Under the pieces are notes generated by a model, which saw nothing but the letters and a program-made list of their open reading frames with translations, made no database searches and was not told the DNA's origin. Position numbers and translations under genes: made by a program. Shown piece by piece: positions 1-14,104 of a stretch of 64,000 nucleotides of DNA. The stretch is from the human T2T-CHM13v2.0 reference genome, Homo sapiens. The stretch is taken from assembly GCA_009914755.4 (NCBI GenBank), contig CP086569.2, positions 4,960,001-5,024,000 on the forward strand, read 5' to 3'. Each line of letters opens with the position of its first letter. Position 1 is the stretch's first letter.

Positions 1-826
1 ACCTTTTTTATGACTGCATAGTATTCCATGGTATATATGTACCACATTTTCTTTACCCAGTTTATCATTGATGGGCATTTAGGTTGATTTCATGTCTTTG
101 CTATTGTAGTGAACATATGTGTACACATGTCTTTATAATAGAATGATTTATATTCCTTTTGGTATATACTTAGTAATGGGATTTCTGTGTCGAATGGTAT
201 TTCTGTCTTTAGGTCTTTGAGGAATCACCACACTGTCTGCTGCAATGGTTGAATTAATTTACTCTCCCACCAACAGTATATAAGAATTCCTTTTTCTCCA
301 CAACCTCATCAGCATTTGTTATTTTTTGACTTTTTAAAAATAGGCACTCTGGTGTGAGATGGTATTTCACTGTGGTTTGGATTGGCATTTCTCTAATGAT
401 CAGTGATTTTGATCATTTTTTTCATGATGGTTGGCTGCATGTATGTCTTCTTTTGAAAAGTATCTGTTCATGTCCTTTGCTCACTTTTTAATAAAATTGT
501 TTGTGTGGTTTTTTTTTGTAAATTTAAGTTCCTTATACATGCTGTATATTACACCTTTGTTGGATACATAGTTGGCAAGAATTTTCTCCCATTCTGTAGG
601 TTGTCTGTTAACTCTTTGATTGTTTCTTTTGCTGTGTAAGAGCTCTTTCATTTCCTTAGATCCCAGTTGTCAATTTTTGCTTTTGTTGCAATTACTTTTG
701 ACATCTTTGTCATGCAATCTTTGCCCATGTCTATGTCCTGAATGGTATTGCCTAGGTTGTCTTCCGAGATTCTTATAGTTTTGGACTTTACATTTAAGTC
801 TTTTACCCAACTAGAGTTAATTTTTT
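1..826 (-). mobile_element. LINE-1 fragment (ORF2 C-terminal/3-prime region, antisense), truncated by window edge
   Basis: Reverse complement of L1 ORF2 C-terminal region (for example ...ccatggaatactatgcagcc... read antisense at 20-45) and downstream ORF2 sequence through ccaactagagttaatttttt at about 810-826; high similarity to L1PA/L1PB consensus recalled from memory. Confidence 0.8.
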
Positions 827-3800
827 ACACTTATTTAAAATTATATTTATGTATTTAGACTTAACTTTTAAAATTTATATCTTATTCTAAATTTTAATCA
901 ACTTAAAATCTGTTTTTTACTTAAAAAGAAATAGCACATACACACACATGCAGGAATTTAATATTCTTCACTTATATGTAAAAAACATTATTTGATGTTT
1001 TCCGTTTCAAGATATAACAATTTATTTTCACTTTTATGTGCATTTATATTATTATATAGGTTTTTAATTTGTGACCTAACTCTTCATTCTGGACAAAGAT
1101 AACTAGTTGCATCTTTAGATGTAAAGTTACACTCAAGTGCAATAAAGTGAGTCCTCAAAATGACAAAACAAACAAACAAAAAACAACAAAGCAGACACTG
1201 AAGTGAGGAGAAGGGAAACGTAATAGCCTATTATGCAAAAATAACTTCATTTAAGAAATCAACCAAGATTAGAGAAAAATATGAGTATCCACATGGGGAT
1301 TATATGGGTATATTGGCATCTATAATTTTAAAGATGGTTTATGAATCATTGTTTTGAATCAGATTGGAGGACCAATCTCTACTCTTTATAATGAGGCTTC
1401 TTTCTGTCCTAGCTAAGTGGGAGCTATAATTGATAGTGTATATGGCCACGAAGTGGAACAGAATGCTGTCATAGGAGTTTTCTACGTAATGTGATTAAAG
1501 CTAACATGCAGTACATCAAAAACACTGTAGTCCGTCTGACAGTCTTTAGCAGTGGGCATCTAATATTGAAGTTTGATTTACTTCAACATTTGAAAACTCT
1601 GTTACCTTAATATCTTTCAAGGACTTCAAATACTTTTTGATTTATTCCAAGCTTTCATTTTATTATTGAACTGGAACTAAAACTTCCAAAATGCAAATGA
1701 AATAAATGAAATAAAGATCATTAATGGTGCTTAATTCAGTTATCAGAATATCAGCATAGTGTGAGTTTTGCAAATTGGTTTCTCAATTCTGAATTTACAT
1801 TCTGTTTGCCATGTGTTCAACTTGAACTTACACAGGATGACTCATTTTTATAAACTTATACCATTCATATAACTTGAGGAAAAGATTTATTGCTTATCTT
1901 TATAGACAAGTAACTTGAGTATACAGTCACTCTTTAGATAATAGACATTTTACTCATTATGTTGTGGATTCAATTCTGAAGCCAGTTATTTTGCTATTAG
2001 AATTGAAATTATTCATTTTAATCACGATGATAATAGATTCACAGCCACGTATAATAAAATTGCAAAGTCTACTTGATTTGCCTTTAATTTCTTCCCTTTC
2101 TATGTTGCTCTTCTCACTTTATTGTCCATCTTGGTTACTCAAGTCTTGGGACAAAACCTCCCAGTGATCTCTCCTCACTTCTCTCAGGCCTATTTTAACT
2201 CAGTCCTCTAGAGCCTCATGGTTGATGGAGACAGTCACATGGCTGGATATATTAAAATTATCTAAGATATCTACCTTTCTGTTTTTATTAGTGCAACTAA
2301 TACCTAAAAGAGGAAGGACTGGTGGTGCAAGATGACATAGTTTCTGGAAACTATTTCTGTGCAGACTCCAAAAAGGGGAAGGATGGAAGGGGATTGAGGA
2401 GTGAGAAATTACCTGTTGGATACAATGTTCACTATTTAGGTTGTGGGCTCACTAAAAGCCAAAACCTCACCATAATTTTCAGCATATCCATGTAACAAAC
2501 CTGCACATGTACCTTCTGAATCTAAAATAAAATCGAATAACAAAAAACCGATTTTTGGACTATATTTCATAAACCTACCAATATGGTCCATAAGAAGTTG
2601 CAAATGCTATGAATAAAATAAATTATATAAATGTAAAATCGTATCTGCTTGTATGTATTTGTTTAATCCTCATAGTATGTGTAATTCATTTCTATATACA
2701 AGTACATGCCATGGTATTTACACAATACATATGGTCAAATAGTTATGTGCTCATAAAATATTAAAAATTTTGGATGAAGAAAGAGATATTGTACTTAGTC
2801 ATTGATATTGACATTGTATTTCATAATTCCAGTGCAGTAATGCATGTGTGTTTATGTTGATAAATGCTGATCAGAATTCAGATTTACAGTAAAAAAACAG
2901 AACCGAATAAATATTCAGATTCAAAATATTGATATTATTTCAATGCTGTATTTTTCTGTGATTTATATTCTCAGAAATTGTGGTGGGAAATTGAATTTGA
3001 TATTGTGGTTCAAGGTGCATAGATTCCTCTCTTGTCAATGGTTTACATTGGTCATTAACAGTGGCAGGTTGTTGCAGAGGTGAGGAAATTACATGTTCCC
3101 AAGTGTTTCTAAAATATAAAAACCCAAAGAGTTGAATTAGGTTTTGCATCTAAGTTAAACTGAAGCTTGTGATATGATGCTTCCACAGAGCTATTAAAAG
3201 TTATTAAAATCCTGATTCTGTGTGTCTAATAAATTTTGGCTGTATGATATGAATGCATTAATTTTGTGCTTAAAAGCAAAAGGGCTGATAAAAAGTTCCA
3301 GTTAATATATAAACATAGTAGAAATTTGATACATACTTCTTGATGATACATATTGTGTGACAGAAAACCTAACTATAATAATGATACCAACTCATATTGT
3401 ACAGGACTCTTTCATATATTACATTATTTGATCCTCACAATCCCATCAGCTAGGAAAGGCAGACTTTATGAATTTCTATTTAAAGATGAGAAAATGGAAA
3501 TTCAAGGAGGTATTTGAGTTTTCTAGGATTCAGACATAGGTCTAGTAATATTTTTCAGTATACCATATTGCTTCTGAGTACTCAGAATCTCATTTTCAAT
3601 TGTAACAGTTGTAAAAGGCCTGTATATGCTTACAATATGTGTGCAGAGTGTAGATATGAAGCCTCAATGGTGAGAACAACCTTACATATATCAAATGGAT
3701 TCTAAACCAAAGAAATTCCAGCAACTAAATATCCTACCTTGGTTCCTTATATTTTTAACGTGTAAAAATTCACATAAATATCACATTTGGAAAATAATGC

Positions 3801-4440
3801 AGATTTATATCATACCTGCATAGAAGAAAATATGGCACACTGATTTTTATGACGGGGAACAAAGCCGGGCTTTTGATCCTAGAATTACAGTCCTGTAATT
3901 TAGACCTCCTTAATGTAATAGTTTTATGATAACTCTGCAAGCCTAGGCATCACTGCTACTTAATCTTTCTGCTTACCTATTTCACAGGTATTTAATGCCC
4001 ATTTAGTCATCATTTGAAAAACTTATATATATATTAACCAAAGCTAAATTTATCTACTCTGCTTATATATGCAGCTTGACACACACAACTAATTTAATAT
4101 GTAGGTGCTTTCCTTGATCCAATTAGGTTCTTCTGTTTTATTCATAGGTATAGATTGTTGCAAGCACTAAAATTATACCCATAAAAAAAAGTTTGCATCT
4201 AAAAACAGGATTAGCTAATTGCTTGGCACTTTGAGAAAATTCCATCCACAATCTGATGAACTCCCAATTTAAAAATACAGGAAAATGATTTAAAATAAAC
4301 ATTTCTGCTTTTATTCTGTTCTGTGTGTCATAAATGTAACATAAAATAATTCCATAGGAAACGGGATGGTTTCTCTAAGTTTCAGATGACTTTATAAGTA
4401 ATTTTGTTTTATTTTGTTTCTTTCTTTGATTCCTGGGGAA

Positions 4441-6648
4441 TTAATTTTTTTGCAAACTTTTATTTTAGGTTCATGGGTACAGGTGCAGGTTTGTTATAAA
4501 GGCAAATTGCATGTTACAGGAGTTTGCTATATGAATTGTTTTGTCACTCAGGTAATAAGCATAGTACCTGACAGACAGATTTTCAATCCTCAGCCTCTGC
4601 ACACCCTCCACCCTGAAGTAGATCCTGGGGTGTCTGTTCTTCTCTTCTTTGTGTCCATGTGTACTCAATGTTTAGCTTCTACTTATAACATGCAGTATTT
4701 GGTTTTCTGTTCCTGCATAAGTTCACTTAGGATAATGACCTCCAGCTCCATTTATGTTGCTTCAAAGGACATGATCTCATTCTCTCTTATGGCTACATAG
4801 TATTCCATGGTGAATGTGTACAACATTTTCTTTACCTAGTTTAACATTGATGGGCGTTTAGGTTGGTTCCATGCCTTTGCTACTGTGAATGGTGCTATGA
4901 TGAACATACATGTGCATGAGTCCTTATGGTAGAACAATTTCTATTCCTTTGCGTATATACCCAATCATGAGATTGCTGGGTTAAATGGTAATTTTGTATT
5001 AAGTTCTTTGAGAAATCGCCAAACCACTTTCCAAAATTGTTGAATTAATTTGCATTCCCATCAGCAGTGTAAAAGTATTGCCTTTTCTCCACAACCTTGC
5101 CGGCATTTATTATTTTTTGACTTATTAATAATAGCCATTCTTACTGGCATGCAATAGTATCTCATTGTAGTTTTCATTTGCATTTCTCTAATAATTAGTG
5201 ATACTGAACATTTTTTCATATGCCTGTTGGCCACATGTATGTACACTTTTGGAAAGTATATGTTCATGTCCTTTGCCTACTTTTTAATGGGATTGTTTGA
5301 TTTTTGCTCATTAATTTGTTTAAGTACTTTGTAGATTCTGGATATAAGACCTTTGTCAGATGCATACTTTGAAAATATTTTCTCCCATACTGTAGGTTGT
5401 CTGTTTATTCTGTTGATAGTTTCTTTTTGCTGTGTAGAAGCTCTTGAGTTTAATTAGCTCTCATGTGTCAACTTTTGATTTATTTCATTTCCTGTTGGCG
5501 AATTGTAATAAAATCTTTGCCAGAGCCTATGTGCAGAATTGTATTGCCTCAATTGTCTTCCAGAGTTTTCATATGTTAGGTGTTACATTTAAGTCTTTAA
5601 TTCATCTTAAGTAGATTTTTATATATGGTGAGAGGAATGGGTCCAGTTCCGGCACCATTTATTGAATAGGGAGTCCTTTCTCCATTGCTTGTTTTTGTCA
5701 ATTTCTGGAAGATCAAGTTATTGTAGGTGTGTTGCGTTATCTGGGGGCTCTGTCTTCTGTTCCATTGGTCAGTGAGTCTTTTTTGATGCCAGTACCATGA
5801 TGTTTTAGTTACTGTAGCCATATAGTATAGTTTGAGGTTGAGTAATGTGATGCCTCCAACTTTGTTTTTTTTACTTAGGATTGCCTTGGCTATTTGGGTT
5901 GATTTTTTTGTTTGTTTGTTTGTTTTTTGGTTTCATATAAATTTAAAGATAGCATCTTCTAATTTGCTGAAGAATGTCATTGGTAGTTTGATAGGAATAG
6001 CACTGAATCTGTAAATTGCTTTGGGCAGTATGGCCATTTAACAATATTCATCCTTCTTATCCATGAGCATGGAATGTTTTTGCATTTGTTTGTGTCATCT
6101 CTGATTTCTTTGAGCAGTGTTTTGTAATTCTCATAGTAGAGATATTTCATTTCTCTGGTTAGTTCTATTCCTAGGTATTTCATTCTTTTTATGCCTATTA
6201 TAAATAGGATTGTGTTCTTGATATGGCTCTTGGTTTGGATGTTGTTGGTGTATAGAAATACTACTGACTTTTGGACATGATTTTTGTATTATGAAATTTT
6301 GCTGAAGTTGTTTATCAGATCTAGGAGCTTTGGGGCAAAGACTATGGGGCTTCCTAGGTATAGAATGATATCACCTACAAACAGAGATAGTTTGACTTCC
6401 TCTCTTTTTATTAAGATGCCTTTTATCTTTTATTTATTTCTATTGTCTGATTTTTCTTCCTAGGACTTCCAGTACTATGTTCATTAGGAGTATTAGAGTG
6501 GTCATCTTTGTCTTGTTTCTGTTCTGAAGAGGAATGCTTCTAGCTTTTGCTCATTCAATATGATGTTGGCTGTGGGAATGTCATAGATAGCTCTTACTAT
6601 TTTGAGGTATGCTCCTTCAGAGCCTAGTTTGTTCAGGATTTTTAACGT
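4441..6648 (-). mobile_element. Old LINE-1, 3-prime half (ORF2 RT domain through 3-prime UTR), antisense
   Basis: Poly-T at 4440-4450 followed by antisense L1 3-prime end (ttttattttaggttcatgggtacaggtgcaggtt), antisense ORF2 throughout; minus-strand ORF 6502..6726 encodes ORF2 RT motif [10 protein letters not shown]...[26 protein letters not shown]; minus ORFs 5977..6183 and 5597..5821 also ORF2-like ([37 protein letters not shown]). Confidence 0.85.
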
Positions 6649-7469
6649 GAAAGGATATGAACAGACACTTCTCAAAAGAAGACATTTATGCAGCCAACAA
6701 GCATATGAAGAAGAGCTCATCATCACTGGTCATTAGAGAAATGCAAATCAAAACCACAATGAGATACCATCTCATGCCAGTTAGAATGGCGATCCTTACA
6801 AAGTCAGAAAACAACAGATGCTGGAGAGGATGCAGAGAAATAGGAACGCTTTTACACTATTGGTGGGAGTGTAAATTAGTTCAACCATTGTGGAAGACAG
6901 TGTGGCAATTCCTCAAGGATCTAGAGCCAGAAATAACATTTAACTCAGCAATCCCATTATTGAGTATATAACCAAAGGATTATAAATCATTCTACTAAAA
7001 AGACACATGCACAAGTATGTGTGTTGCAGCACTGTTCACAATAGCAAACCCTTGGAACCAACCCAAATGCCCATCAATGATACACTGAATAAAATGTGGC
7101 ACATATATGCCATGGAATACTATGCAGCCATAAGAAAGGATGAGTTCATGTCCTTTGCAGGGACATGGATGAAGCTGGAAACCGTCATTCTCAGCAAACT
7201 AACACAAGAACAGAAAACCAAACACCGCATGTTCTCACTCATAAGTGGGAGTTGAACAATGAGAACACATGGACACAGGGAGGGGAACATCACACACCAG
7301 GCCTGTCGGTGGGTAGGGGGCTAGGGGAGGGATAGCATTAGGAGAAATACCTAATGTAGATGATGGGTTGATTGGTGCAGCAAACTACCATGGCACGTTT
7401 ATACCTATGTAACAAAGCTGCACATTCTGCATATGTATCCCAGAACTTAAAGTGTTAAAAAAAAAAAAA
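6649..7469 (+). mobile_element. Younger LINE-1 (L1PA-like) 3-prime end fragment with poly(A) tail, inserted in opposite orientation into the older L1
   Basis: Plus-strand ORF 6657..6971 is L1 ORF2 C-terminus ([19 protein letters not shown]...[20 protein letters not shown]...[36 protein letters not shown]); continues through ccatggaatactatgcagccataagaaaggatgagttcatgtcctttgcagggacatggatgaagctggaaacc and L1 3-prime UTR to A13 at 7457..7469. Confidence 0.9.
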
Positions 7470-8437
7470 GCTATGCATTCAAAATTTTTAAAAAAATAAA
7501 AATTAAAAAAATTCTTAAAGTGAGTTTTTAGCTCTATCTGATCAGCTTGGTTCTTTCTTAAAACAGACATTTCATGTATCTCCTGGGTTATTTTATTGTA
7601 TTCCTTAGATTTCTTGGATTGCATTTCAAGTTTCTCCTGAATCTTGATGGTCTTCATTTATATCCACACTCTGAATTCTATTTCTGTCGTTTTAGCCATA
7701 TCAGCCTGGTTAAGAACCATTTCTGGGGAACTAGAGCAGTTATTTGGAGGTGAGAAAACACTCTGGTTTTTGAGTTGCCATAGTTCTCACACTAGTTCTT
7801 TCTCATCTGTGTTGGCTGTTTCTTCTATCTTTGGAATTGCTATCCTTTGGATGAGAATTTACTTGTTTCTTCTTTGATGCCTTTGGGGGTTTGATTGTGA
7901 TATAAGGTTGATTCAGTTGACTGGCTTTGTTTCTGGACGATTTTGGGGCACCAAGGCTCAGCTCAGCACTCTTGGGCTGTGTGCTCTAATTCTGGGAGGC
8001 AGGTATTGGGCCCCCAGCTTTGTTTTCTGGCCTCTGCAAATTAGGAATCTGCTGTGCTGGAGGGACTGAAACATTCCCTGTCTGCAGCCACAACACTCTG
8101 ATGGGTTGTACTGGCTAAAACACTTTCTTGGGGTGGTGACAGCAGAATTCATGCTTGCTCATGTGTACCAGTAGCCATGGCAGCACAGCATGTGTATTTG
8201 TATTTGTGCATGTGTATTTGCTGGGGTTGGGTACTGGTAGGAGTGGGACATTGGTGTTCTTGGGTGAACTTGTGTAGGTGGTGTGGTGGGGGTGGGGGAC
8301 TGGCAGGGGTAGGGTTGCCTGTGTCCATGCTTGCACTTGTACCAGCAGTGATGGCAGCATGGGTGGGTCACTGGTGGTTTCAAGGATGCTGCCCTCCATG
8401 CACACATTTGCATTGGCAGCAGTGATGGCCTCATTTT
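7470..8437 (-). mobile_element. Old LINE-1 5-prime portion (ORF1 coiled-coil region antisense plus 5-prime UTR-like repeats); probable continuation of the 4441..6648 element
   Basis: Minus ORF 7385..7657 has ORF1 coiled-coil-like sequence (KIQEKLEMQSKKSKEYNKITQEIHEMSVLRKNQADQIELKT). Downstream region contains degenerate internal repeats (tgtaccagtagccatggcagcac / tgtaccagcagtgatggcagcat). Orientation and position are consistent with the same minus-strand L1 with about 2 kb (ORF1 C-terminus to mid ORF2) missing at the insertion point of the younger L1. Confidence 0.5.
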
Positions 8438-8469
8438 AGTTATAAACTTTTTTAAGGACATATTAACAT

Positions 8470-8633
8470 ACATTTTATTTTTTGTTCTTCTAAAAATCTA
8501 ACTTTATAGTTTACATACAATACAATGCACCAATTTTGATTGTACAGTTCAACATGTTCAGAAAAATGTATACACCCATGTAACTACCACCACAATCAAG
8601 GTATGGAACATTTCTATCAAATCCACACAAATG
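8470..8633 (+). mobile_element. Ancient L1 (L1M-class) 3-prime end fragment
   Basis: tgtacagttcaacatgttcagaaaaatgtatacacccatgtaactaccaccacaatcaaggtatggaacatttctatcaaatcc closely resembles the characteristic 3-prime terminus of old mammalian-wide L1 subfamilies (recalled consensus ...gtgcaaccatcaccacaatctaattttagaacattttcatcaccc); followed by A-rich tail. Confidence 0.45.
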
Positions 8634-8671
8634 AAAAATAAATAAATAATAAATAAATAAATAAATAAATA
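8634..8671. repeat. (AAATAAAT)n / (AAAT)n simple repeat
   Basis: aaataaataaataataaataaataaataaataaatag read directly. Confidence 0.9.
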
Positions 8672-10943
8672 GTTTTGTCATGTTACTATGTGGTCAGTCT
8701 TTCCTCTTCCCTGTTCCAGGCAACTACTACTTTGTTTTCTGCCATGACATGATAGGTAAGTTTGCTTATTCCAGAATTTCATTTAAATGAAATCACAAGG
8801 TAATTATAGATTTATGATTTTATTATAATTGAGAAACTTATTAGTTCTAAATTGGACAGTGCAATAAATTTTTTGTTGTTTTTTGTTTTTCTCCCCGGGA
8901 GAGGCAGTTTAATGAGCTCGGGGCCAATACAAAAGATCAAATTTCTCTCCATGGGGAAATGCAGGAACCCACAGAACACTACGCTTGCTGGGAAAGCGGG
9001 TAGCTTCTCATTTAGTTGCAGGAGGAGGAGATAGCTCCCAGGGCTTTCAGAGGAAAGCATGGCCTTCAGCATCAGGGACATTGGGGGTGCACTCCAGGAT
9101 CTGAGGGGTAAACTTCAGGAGGCTGAGGGTGGACCCAAGGAGCTGCAGGATGGATTCCAGAAGCTTACAGGTGGTCTCTGGGAGGCTGGGCATTGAACCC
9201 CATTGCCTGAGGGTGGATCCCTGGGGCTCGTGGGTATGCTCCTGGGGCCTGGGGGTAAACTACAGGGGCTGATGGATGCACACCATCCATGTTGTTGCAA
9301 ATGACTGGATGATCTCATTCTTTTTTTATGGCTGAATAGTACCCCATTGTGGATAAGTGTCACATTTTCCTTATTCATTCATCCCTTGATGGATACTTAG
9401 GTTGCTTCTAAATCTTGGCTATTGTGAATAGTGTTGCAACAAACATGGGAGTGCGGATATCACTTTGTTATACTGCGGATATCACTTTGATACACTTATA
9501 TATCCCTTTTGGATATATACCCAATAGTGAGATTGCTGGATTTTATGGTAACTTTATTTTTAGTTTTTTTGATGAACCTCCAAACTTTTCTTCATAGTAG
9601 TTGTACTAATTTACATTCCCACCAACAATGTACAAAGGTTTTCTTTTCTCCACATCCTTACCAGCATTTGTTATTGCCTGACTTTTGGATAAAACCCACT
9701 TAAATTGGGTGATGTCTCATTGTAGTTTTGATTTAAATTTCTCTGAGGATCAATGATGTTGAGCACTTTTTATATGCCTGTTTGCCATTTCTATTCAGAA
9801 ATGTCTATTCAAATCTTTTGCCCATTTTTAATTGGATTGTTAGATTTTTTTTCCTCTAGAGTTGTTTGAGCTCCTTATATATTCTGATTATGAATCTCTT
9901 GTCAGATGGATAGTTTCCAAATAGTTTCTCCCTTTCTCTGGGCTGTCTCCTCACTTAGTTGATAATATATTTTGCTGTGCAGAAGCTTTTTAACTTGATG
10001 TGATTCCATTTGTCCATTTTGCTTTGGTTGCCTGTGCTTCTGGGATATGACTGAAGAAGTTTTTGCCCAGAACAATGTCTTAGAGAGTTTCTCCAAAGTT
10101 TTCTTGTAGTACTTTCATAGTCTTAGATTTAAGTCTTTTCATTGATTTTGATTTGATATTTTTGTAAGGTGAGAGACAGAGATCAAGTTTCATTCTTCTG
10201 ACTACGAATATCCAGTTTTTCCAGCATCATCCATTGAAGAAACTGACTTTTCTCTAGTGTATGTTCTTGGTACCTTTGTCAAAAATGAATTCACTGCAGG
10301 TGTATGGATTTGTTTCTGAGTTGTCTGTGCTGTTCCATTGATCTGTGTGTCTTTTTATGCTGGTACCATGCTGTTTTGGTTATTATAGCTTCATAGTATA
10401 ATTTGAAGTCAAGTAATATGATTCCTGTAGTGTTGTTCCTTGTGATCAGGATGGGTTTGGCTATTATGAGTCACTTGTGATTCCATATACCTTTTAGAAT
10501 TATTTTTTTTTCCATTTGTGTGAAAAATGTCATTGGTATTTTGCATTGAATCTGTAAATTCCTTTGGGTAGCATGGACATTTTAACAATATTGGCTCTTG
10601 TGATTGATGAGCATGGAATATCTTGAATTTTTGTGTCCTCTTTGTTTCATCTGTGCTTCATGGTATTAATTATAAAGATCCTTCACTTCTTTGGATAAGT
10701 TAATTCCTAGGTATTTCATTTTATTTGTAGCCCTTGTAAATGGGATTACTTTTTTATTTCTTTTTCAAGTTGTTCACTGTTCGCATATAGAAATACTTCT
10801 GATTTTTTTGGCTTAATTTTGTATCCTGCAACTATACTGAATTTATTTATCAGTTCTAATTGTTATTCGGTGGCGTCTTTTGGTTTTTCCAACAGTAAGA
10901 TCGTTATCAACTGCAAAGATAAATAATTTCACTTCTTCCTTTA

Positions 10944-11266
<323 letters not shown>

Positions 11267-12632
11267 ATAAATTTGGATGTCCTTTATTTCCTTCTCTTTT
11301 CTGATTGCTCTAGCTAGCACTTCTCATGCTATGTTGAATAATAGTGGTGAAAGTGGGTATCCTTGTCATGTTCCAAATATAAGAAGTAAGGCTTTCAGTT
11401 TTTCCCCATTAACTATAATATTAGACTTAGGTCTGTCATTTATTGCTATTATTATGTTGAGATACGTTCCTTCTATACCTAGTTTTTGAGGGTTTTTATC
11501 AGGAAGAGGTGTTTAATTTTATCAAATGCTTTTTAGCATCAATTGAGATAACCATATGGTTTTTGTCCTTCATTCTGTCGATATGACATATCACATTGAT
11601 TTGTGTATGTGGAGTCATCTTTGCATCCTTGTGATAAATCCCACTTGGTTATGATGAATGCTCTATTTAATATATTGTCTAATTCAGTTTGTAGTATTTT
11701 ATTTAAGATTTTTGCATCAATATTCAGGAGAGATATTGGCCTGTAGTTTCCTTTTTTTGATACGTTTGTCTGGCATCTTCTTTTGGTATCAGGGTAATAC
11801 TGGCCACGTTGAATGAGTTTGGCAACAGTCCCTCTTCCTCTATTTTTTGAAAAGTTTGAGTAGAATTGGTACTAGCTCTTCTTTAAATGTCTGGTAGAAT
11901 TCAGCAGTGAAGCCAGCAGGTTTCAGGCTTTTCTTTCCTGGGAGACTTTTTCTTTAGAGCTTCGATCTTGTTACTTGTTATTGGTCTGTTCAGGTTTGGG
12001 ATTTCTTCATGATTCCATGTTGGTAGGTTGTATGTGTCTAGGAATTTATCTATTTCTTCTAGGTTTTCCAATTTAAAGGCATGTAGTTGCTCACAGTAAC
12101 CACTGATGATTCTTTGAATTTGTGGTATCCATTGTAATGTCTCCTTTTTCATCTCTGATTTTATTTATTTTTGTCTTTCCTTTTCTTAGTCGGGCTACAG
12201 ATTAGTAAATTTTGATTATATTTTCAAAGAAACCAACTTTTCGTTTCATTGATCTTCTATGTTGTTTTCCTCATTTCAAGTTCATTTAATTGTTCTGATC
12301 TTTATTAATTTCTTTTCTTCTATAATAAGTTTGTATTGAGTTTGTTCTTGCTTTTCTAGTTCTCTAAGATGCATCACTGAGTTATTTATTTGAAGGGTTT
12401 TTGTTTGTTTGTTTTTATGTAGGCATTTACAGTTATCAGTCTCCCCCTTAGTACTGCTTTTGCTGTATTCCAAAGATTTTGGTATATTGTGTTTCCATTT
12501 TCAGTTGTTTTGAGAAATTTTTAAATTTTCTTCTTAATTTCTTTATTGACCCACTGACTCACTGATCATTTAGGAACATATTGTTTAGTTTCCATGTGTT
12601 TTTATAGCTTCCACAATTCCTCTGGTTATTGA

Positions 12633-12980
<348 letters not shown>

Positions 12981-13810
12981 TGATATTGTTTCAATTTTTT
13001 GAATGTTTTAAGACTAGTTTTGTGACTTATTATATGGTCTGTCATTGAGAATGATCCATGTGCAGGGGAGAAAAAAATGTGCATTCTGTAGCTGTTTGAT
13101 GAAATGTTCTGTAAATATTAGTTCCATTTGTTCTACTATGCAGATTAAATCTGAAGTTTCTTTGTTGATTTTCTGTGTGGAATATCTGTCCAATCCTGAA
13201 AGCGGGGTGAAGTCTCTAACTATTATTGTATTAGGGTATATCACTCTCTTCAGCTCTAGTAATACTTGTTTTACATGTCTTGGTGTGCCAGTGTTGGGTG
13301 CATATATGTTTACAAATGTTAAATCTTCTTGTGGAATTGACCCCTTTATCATTGTATAATGACCATTATTGTGTTTTATACTTTTCGTCTTTAAATCTGT
13401 TTTGTCTAATGTCACTATACATACTCCTGCTCTTTTTTGGTTTATATTGGCATGGAATATCTTTTTCCATCTTTTTTTTTAGTGTGTGTTTATCTTTATA
13501 GGTGAAATGTGTTTCTTGTAGGCAACAGGTCATTGGGTCTTCTTTTGTTTAATCAGTTCAGCCACTCTGTCTTTTGATTGGAGAGTTTATTTTATTTACA
13601 TTCAATATTATTATTGATAAGTAGGTACCTACTCCTGCCATTTTGTTATTTATTTTCAATTATTTTGCGGTCTTTTTTTCTGCCTTACTGTCTTCCTTTT
13701 CTCTGGTGGTATTCTTTAACTTCTTGCTTTTTAGTTTTTGTGTATCCATTGTATGATTTTTGCTTTGAGATTACCATGAGGCTTGCAACTATTATCTTAA
13801 AACTGATATT

Positions 13811-14104
13811 ATTTTTTTGAGACAAAGTCTCGCTCTGTCACCCAGGCTGGAGTGCAGTGGCACGATTTTGACTCATTACAACCTCCACCTCCTGGGTTCA
13901 AGTGATTATTTTGCCTCAGCCCCGCAAGTAGCTGGGATTACAGACATGCACTACCATGCCCATCCAATTTTTGTATTTTTAGTAGAGACAGGGTTTTGTC
14001 ACGTTGGCCAGGCTGATCTCAAACTCCTGACCTCAGGTGATCTGCCTGCCTCGGCCTCCCAAAGCACTAGCCAGGATTACAGTCTTGAGCCACAGCAACC
14101 AACC
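13811..14104 (-). mobile_element. Alu (antisense) inserted into L1
   Basis: tatttttttgagacaaagtctcgctctgtcacccaggctggagtgcagtggcacgatt ... cttgagccacagcaaccaacc; flanks resemble each other only weakly (ctgatatt / ctgatttt). Confidence 0.85.

Noticed and set aside
4441-7469. Twin-priming (5-prime inversion) L1 insertion explanation for the antisense-plus-sense L1 arrangement
   Set aside because: In twin priming the inverted segment derives from L1 sequence upstream of, and not overlapping, the direct segment. Here the antisense segment covers L1 positions about 3.4-6.0 kb including its own 3-prime end and poly-T, overlapping the sense segment (about 5.2-6.0 kb). Two independent insertions of different age explain it better.
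8115-8473. Overlapping Gly/Trp/His/Pro-rich ORFs on both strands (82-104 aa)
   Set aside because: Low-complexity translation of degenerate internal repeats in the L1 5-prime region (tgtaccag(t/c)agtgatggcagca… repeated). No start context and no conservation signal; not coding.
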